Notes under the pieces: model-generated
Database searches by the model: none
What the model saw: only the letters and a program-made list of their open reading frames with translations
Told to the model about the DNA's origin: nothing
Shown here: positions 59,723-64,000 of the stretch, one piece after another
How the letters are laid out: every line of letters starts with the position of its first letter
Position numbering within the stretch: position 1 is the stretch's first letter
IMG/VR virus record: IMGVR_UViG_3300009370_000001
Direction: 5' to 3' (one strand)
Length of the DNA: 64,000 nucleotides
Source of the DNA: a virus
Lineage: Duplodnaviria > Caudoviricetes
Program-made: the position numbers and the translations under genes

Positions 59723-60850
59723 ATGAACAACCCTGACGATTTTGATTTTGCCGAGACAGCAACGGAAACCAATCCGCCTGCTCTCGAAACCCCTAAAACT
59801 AGTGAGTTCGACGACTTTGATTTCGTCGATCACTATGGAGACGATGAAGAAGTAACCCACGAGAATTTGCTTCCGGAGAACACTGTTCCCGCATCACTGA
59901 ACTGTGCCATTGTTGGCGTAGGTGGAGGTGGGGGCAAGATGGCCAAAGCCTTTCTCGATCTTGGCTACAACAGGACTCTGCTTGTTAATACCACTGCTAA
60001 AGATATCCCTGACGCTGTGGGTGATGAGCATGTGGTTTTGATTCCCGATGCCGATGGCATTGGAAAAGATGTGAATTTAGGAAAAGCTGTGTTTGATGCA
60101 AACAGTACAGTCGTAGAAGATGCCCTCCGCACAAAATTAGGCAAAGTTGACTGGCTGTTCGTTTGCGCTGGAGGTGGCGGTGGAACTGGTTCTGCCGTCG
60201 CTTCTCTACACAGCGTCTTTGAGCGCTACCTTAAGTCGGTACAAGCCGAAGGCGAGGTAGTATACATTACGTCGTGGCCGACCGCACAAGAATGCTTGAA
60301 TCCAACAATTAGCAAGAATGCGTTAGCTTTACTTAATGATGTTTCCCAGCACACTCACATCGTTTTGGACAACGAACGCCAAGTTAAATTGTTGCGCGGA
60401 AAGGTGGGGATGCTGAATCTGTTTCCTTCTGCCAACACGGCGTTTGCAAAGTTAATGACTCAAATTCTCAAACTCTCCAGCGATAAATCGCCGATTCAAT
60501 CGTTTGATACCAAAGATCTAGAAAGATGTTTGCGAACCCCACAAAGAATGTTTATTGGATCGACAATGGTAAAAGATCCCGCTACGCCAAACCTAGGCGC
60601 TACGATTCTTCAGAATTGTATGAAGCGTTCTCCGTGTCCCGCCCCCAAAGGTAAGCCCCAAACCGGCGCATTATTATTGATTGCGTCGTCTGAGATGGCA
60701 AACGATCCAGAGATTAGCAAACACATGGATGCAGCGATTGGATATGTTGGCGGCAGAACAGACACACTTTTTTCAGGTGTTTATATTAATGATAATGTAC
60801 CTGGGCTCGTTGCCATACTATGTATGAATGGGCTACCCAAAGGAAAATAA
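59723..60850 (+). CDS. FtsZ/tubulin-family GTPase
   Basis: IVGVGGGGGK, LVNT, DGIGKD, signature AGGGGGTGS, LDNE, and T7-loop-like SFDTKDL; CGGAG Shine-Dalgarno. Confidence 0.9.
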   Translation: MNNPDDFDFAETATETNPPALETPKTSEFDDFDFVDHYGDDEEVTHENLLPENTVPASLNCAIVGVGGGGGKMAKAFLDLGYNRTLLVNTTAKDIPDAVGDEHVVLIPDADGIGKDVNLGKAVFDANSTVVEDALRTKLGKVDWLFVCAGGGGGTGSAVASLHSVFERYLKSVQAEGEVVYITSWPTAQECLNPTISKNALALLNDVSQHTHIVLDNERQVKLLRGKVGMLNLFPSANTAFAKLMTQILKLSSDKSPIQSFDTKDLERCLRTPQRMFIGSTMVKDPATPNLGATILQNCMKRSPCPAPKGKPQTGALLLIASSEMANDPEISKHMDAAIGYVGGRTDTLFSGVYINDNVPGLVAILCMNGLPKGK

Positions 60851-60853
60851 TAA

Positions 60854-61015
60854 ATGAGTACACCACGAGATTTAGCGCGAGATACATGGGCAAGAACGAA
60901 GCAGCTTGTTTTGCTTAACGGCGCATTAGAAGATTATGTCCTGCTCGCCGTTACGAAAGTAACGTGTTTGGCTATCGGACTTGCCGCTGGCTGGCACATG
61001 TGGGGAGGAGTATAA
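60854..61015 (+). CDS. Small membrane protein (53 aa), not in ORF track
   Basis: Translated by hand as MSTPRDLARDTWARTKQLVLL...CLAIGLAAGWHMWGGV; fills the gap exactly and abuts the next ATG. Confidence 0.6.
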   Translation: MSTPRDLARDTWARTKQLVLLNGALEDYVLLAVTKVTCLAIGLAAGWHMWGGV

Positions 61016-61360
61016 ATGAAAATCACCAAATCCCAATTGATGCAGATTATTAAAGAAGAAACATCTAGCTTAAACGAAATGCCGTATCGGCAAGGGGGTC
61101 GCCACGCCGGCTACGACGCCAATTGGCGCCGCACGTTTGGTGAGCCAGATCCCTCTCAAAAAGATACGGAAGCACAAGCCATTGCAGACATGGATGTGGG
61201 AATTGCGCGAGAGTTTGCGCAAGACGTTGTAGAATTTGTACGCCAGAATGTAGCTTCTGAGCAGGCACCAGCCCTGGCAGAAATGTCGATGGGGGACTTT
61301 TTGAGACTAGCTGCTGATTTAGCAGGCGATGAGCCGCTGGTAACACAAGTCGGAGAATAA
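61016..61360 (+). CDS. Leader-motif protein (114 aa)
   Basis: Starts MKITKSQLMQIIKEETSSLNE; GGAGG Shine-Dalgarno. Confidence 0.75.
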   Translation: MKITKSQLMQIIKEETSSLNEMPYRQGGRHAGYDANWRRTFGEPDPSQKDTEAQAIADMDVGIAREFAQDVVEFVRQNVASEQAPALAEMSMGDFLRLAADLAGDEPLVTQVGE

Positions 61361-61361
61361 G

Positions 61362-61598
61362 ATGAAAGTAACCAAGTCCCAATTGATGCAGATCATCAAA
61401 GAGGAGATTACGAATATGAATCGTGGACTTCGAGAGTTTGCAGAATGGGTGATGGAAGTAAATGGACATATTGAAAGCTTGTCTGACGAATATGTATCGG
61501 CAGACGAATTGGCCACCGACGTTAATCTGTATGATTTATGGTACCAGGGAATCCCGGCTGCCGCGGCTGCGCAAGATCTTATAAGCGGTGACTATTGA
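61362..61598 (+). CDS. Leader-motif protein (78 aa)
   Basis: Starts MKVTKSQLMQIIKEEI; CGGAG Shine-Dalgarno. Confidence 0.75.
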   Translation: MKVTKSQLMQIIKEEITNMNRGLREFAEWVMEVNGHIESLSDEYVSADELATDVNLYDLWYQGIPAAAAAQDLISGDY

Positions 61599-61732
61599 TG
61601 AAGCTTTGGAATAAACTAAATCACTGGCTCGACTGGCGCGGCATTAAGTGGACCGACATTATCGGCTCGGGTGTAGCGTTTGGAACAATCATCGGACTAG
61701 TTATAGTATTAACCTGGGCAGGATTGCAATGA
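61598..61732 (+). CDS. Small membrane protein (44 aa), not in ORF track
   Basis: MKLWNKLNHWLDWRGIKWTDIIGSGVAFGTIIGLVIVLTWAGLQ; TGATG and ATGA couplings on its two sides. Confidence 0.6.
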   Translation: MKLWNKLNHWLDWRGIKWTDIIGSGVAFGTIIGLVIVLTWAGLQ

Positions 61733-61926
61733 GAGAAAGGCTTCGAAGGTTATGGAGTGTAGACGTGCTGGCTGTAGGGCTGGCATTACTTGCTTTGGCA
61801 TACGCGTGCTGTGTGCACCATCGAGCCCAAGAAAGATTGAATGAAATTGAAGGCGTGGTTAACGAAGGAATTCATATTCCGACACAGCCAACTCCACCAG
61901 TGAGGTTCGAACCAGAATGTCAATAA
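61729..61926 (+). CDS. Small membrane-anchored protein with a Pro-rich tail (65 aa)
   Basis: MRERLRRLWSVDVLAVGLALLALAYACC...IPTQPTPP; ATG 61729 overlaps the upstream stop. Confidence 0.55.
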   Translation: MRERLRRLWSVDVLAVGLALLALAYACCVHHRAQERLNEIEGVVNEGIHIPTQPTPPVRFEPECQ

Positions 61927-62921
61927 AGATTACAAAAAAGAAACTGATGGAAACTGTGGAGAAGGAAATGAAAAATGTCCTTCTAGAGACATATTTGCGC
62001 ATCCACCTTTCACAAGTTTTAACAGAGCGAACTGAGGGAATGTCGACTGCTAAAATTGAGGCGCTGCTCTCATCTGTGATTGACAATTTGGAGGGTATCG
62101 ATATGAGTATCGATTACCTCACTTCAGCGATAACTGGTCATGATCCATATTCTTTGGGGATCGCACAGAAGGTGGCCGGCCGCGGCGGCGGACGCTTCTC
62201 TCCTGTTCCATCCCCTCCGGAACAAGTCTCTGAAGCGGAAGAATTGTCGGAACTAAACCCTAATAAAACATTGGACCAACAAGAGCCCGAGGACTTTGAA
62301 GAGCCCGAGGAAGATCCTGACGCTTTAAGGTCCGATACAGTTTTAGGGGCCACCGGAAAATGGCCTGAAGAGCCTTCTGAGCCAGCGCAACAACGGCCTC
62401 CTCGTGAATATCGAAGTAAGGCCATTGAACTTTTGGCTTCGTTTCATGTAAATGTTGATCAGCAAGCTATAGATGCAGTGGCGTGGCAACTATACCACAA
62501 TGCCATGGGCGCCCCCACGCAGGCGATGGAAGAACCCCCGAAGAAACGAAAAAGATTTAAGTTTTTTGAAAACGTAGGAAAACGCCCTAATGCTGAGCTA
62601 CTAGCTTTATTGCGAACAATGTTGAAAACTGCCGAAGATCCTTATGCAGATGAACAACGACTCCTATCTTTAGGAGGTGAATTAGAAGACATGCTCGGCC
62701 AATTGGCGCCGGCAGCCGAGTGGGCCCAAGAGCAGGGCTATGACCGGCCTACATATAGTGAAAACCTACAGCAGTATATTAGAGAAGAACTCGAAGCTTA
62801 TTTGGAAGAAGAGGAAAAGAATAATCCTTGGGCCATATGCACTAGTTCTGTCGGCAGAGAAGATAAAGAAAAATATGAGAAATGCGTAAAAAGCATAAAA
62901 GCACAAAATAGAGGAAAATAA
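61917..62921 (+). CDS. Acidic leader-motif protein (334 aa) with a C-terminal NPWAICT module
   Basis: N-terminal IKITKKKLMETVEKEM; internal LQQYIREELEAYLEE; C-terminal NPWAICTSSVGREDKEKYEKCV. Confidence 0.7.
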   Translation: MSIKITKKKLMETVEKEMKNVLLETYLRIHLSQVLTERTEGMSTAKIEALLSSVIDNLEGIDMSIDYLTSAITGHDPYSLGIAQKVAGRGGGRFSPVPSPPEQVSEAEELSELNPNKTLDQQEPEDFEEPEEDPDALRSDTVLGATGKWPEEPSEPAQQRPPREYRSKAIELLASFHVNVDQQAIDAVAWQLYHNAMGAPTQAMEEPPKKRKRFKFFENVGKRPNAELLALLRTMLKTAEDPYADEQRLLSLGGELEDMLGQLAPAAEWAQEQGYDRPTYSENLQQYIREELEAYLEEEEKNNPWAICTSSVGREDKEKYEKCVKSIKAQNRGK

Positions 62922-62922
62922 A

Positions 62923-63114
62923 ATGAGTGTATTAAGTAACTTATGGAATAGCACCGTCACAGCCGCAGGTCACGTATGGAGCGTTGCCCTGGATTTAGGA
63001 TGGTCAGTATGGCACGAAGTCAAAGATGGCATTAGTCGTTTAAGCTGGTGGTTATTGGTCGGATTGGTCTGGCTCGATGGACTAGCAGTAGGCTGGTGGC
63101 TGTGGAGTAGCTAG
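62923..63114 (+). CDS. Small Trp-rich membrane protein
   Basis: C-terminal hydrophobic LSWWLLVGLVWLDGLAVGWWLW; GAGG Shine-Dalgarno. Confidence 0.6.
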   Translation: MSVLSNLWNSTVTAAGHVWSVALDLGWSVWHEVKDGISRLSWWLLVGLVWLDGLAVGWWLWSS

Positions 63115-63308
63115 TGGCTGAGCATAAAGGATTTTTAGATACGTGGTTGTTAAAGCTTACTTCTCGTAAGTTATTGGTATGGATAACTGCGTCTGCATTA
63201 GCCTTTACCGGGTATTTGACGAGCGGTGATTGGGTAGTTATTAGTACCGTCTTCATTGGCACCCAAGGTGCCGTCGACATTGTTGAGAGATTCAAGGGAC
63301 GCAAGTGA
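63114..63308 (+). CDS. Putative holin
   Basis: 64 aa; SRK followed by two hydrophobic segments and a basic C-terminus (RFKGRK). Confidence 0.55.
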   Translation: MAEHKGFLDTWLLKLTSRKLLVWITASALAFTGYLTSGDWVVISTVFIGTQGAVDIVERFKGRK

Positions 63309-63691
63309 CACCACAACAACTGATCATCCAGTTCTTAGTAAAGAATTGGAAAGGAGTATTGATCGTTCTTTTGTCTGGCGTAGTGATGGGCAAAATGCGC
63401 TATGACTATAAGCAGATGCAAGCGGCATACGAGGCTTCAGAACAATCTCTGCAAGCTCAGATTGCTGGACTGCAAGAGATCCACAAGAAGCAAATGGCGG
63501 ATATGGAAGAATCACTACAGGTCTACAAAGATACCTTAGATCAAGTAGAACAAGATTACCAAGAGAGCCAAGAAGAATTGCTCGAAGAGATCGAGAACCG
63601 TAGAGAAGAATACGGAAGACAATTCTCTCAAGACCCAGAAGAACTAGCGGAGACTATAATGTTAATGTACGGATTTAATTATGTTCCTTAG
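63305..63691 (+). CDS. Putative i-spanin (Rz-like)
   Basis: N-terminal transmembrane helix followed by a long coiled coil; follows the holin-like gene. Confidence 0.5.
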   Translation: MTPQQLIIQFLVKNWKGVLIVLLSGVVMGKMRYDYKQMQAAYEASEQSLQAQIAGLQEIHKKQMADMEESLQVYKDTLDQVEQDYQESQEELLEEIENRREEYGRQFSQDPEELAETIMLMYGFNYVP

Positions 63692-64000
63692 TCTATTATT
63701 AATGTTAACAGGCCCGGCCCAGGCCGAGGACGCAGGACAATTTACCTTTCTAGGGCACCAGCAGTGTGCCCCGTTTGAGGGTGTGCTTTTTGATGTGCCA
63801 GCGTTGTCTGAAATCATGGCGCGCCAGTCCACCGCCAATCTCGCATGCCAAGCACGAATTGACTATGAACTTTCAGTTGAAATTGCAAGCTACGAGCTAG
63901 AACTTCGCAATTGGGAGATTCAGTATAACGCCCTACATGAAGAAAGCAGTCTTCTGATCTTCCAGAAGGATGAAGAGATTGACCACCTTCAAAGAACTCT
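63681..64000 (+). CDS. Secreted/periplasmic protein, 3'-truncated by window edge
   Basis: ATG 63681 opens MFLSLLLMLTGPAQAEDAG (signal peptide with AQA cleavage site); the frame stays open to the window end. Confidence 0.65.
   Translation, partial: MFLSLLLMLTGPAQAEDAGQFTFLGHQQCAPFEGVLFDVPALSEIMARQSTANLACQARIDYELSVEIASYELELRNWEIQYNALHEESSLLIFQKDEEIDHLQRT

Noticed and set aside
59723-60850. Tubulin homolog as proof of a nucleus-forming (phiKZ-like) phage
   Set aside because: No chimallin or multisubunit RNA polymerase is visible, and the surrounding genes are T4-like. A tubulin alone is insufficient.
1952-61728. Track start codons at 193, 1952, 2934, 10023, 13632, 53981, 58739 and 61648
   Set aside because: Downstream ATGs that overlap or sit next to the upstream stop fit better. 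The first ORF is open from base 1.
61729-61926. o-spanin lipoprotein call
   Set aside because: AYAC is a poor lipobox and the gene is not next to the i-spanin-like gene.
361-62960. Minus-strand and alternate-frame ORFs in the track (e.g. 5010-5384, 15238-15651, 17847-18242, 28107-28598, 43427-43957, 58370-58750)
   Set aside because: All lie inside longer + strand genes, most of which have recognisable motifs, and show no motifs of their own; they are treated as shadow ORFs.
1-64000. Stop-codon reassignment, tRNA/rRNA genes, CRISPR arrays, inteins
   Set aside because: Genes tile cleanly under the standard code using TAA, TGA and TAG. Intergenic gaps are too short for arrays, and I recognised no cloverleaf or intein motifs by eye.

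Overview
This window is a gene-dense stretch of what looks like a large (jumbo-type) contractile-tailed dsDNA bacteriophage. Every credible gene is on the + strand. The assignment is inferred from T4-like gp25/gp6 baseplate genes, a gp55-like sigma factor and the absence of cellular housekeeping genes. Four modules follow in order. (1) 1-11.9 kb: nucleotide-sugar and glycan modification (two NeuB-like synthases, WecB-type epimerase, gmd, fcl, dehydrogenase, epimerases, GT2, sulfotransferase, methyltransferases, SGNH enzyme). (2) 11.9-13.7 kb: small regulators and a gp55-like sigma factor. (3) 13.7-51.7 kb: baseplate and tail genes, including 2232-aa and 3727-aa proteins. (4) 51.7-64 kb: RuvC-like resolvase, primase, a four-gene cassette inserted between duplicated primase 3' ends, a fused Mre11-Rad50 (gp47-gp46/SbcDC) protein, a ParB-like protein next to an FtsZ/tubulin-family GTPase, a family of unrelated proteins sharing an N-terminal MK(I/V)TKxxLxxIIxEE leader, and a probable lysis cassette. 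All product calls come from motif recognition by eye; no database searches were run. I saw no tRNA, rRNA, CRISPR array, integrase or transposase.
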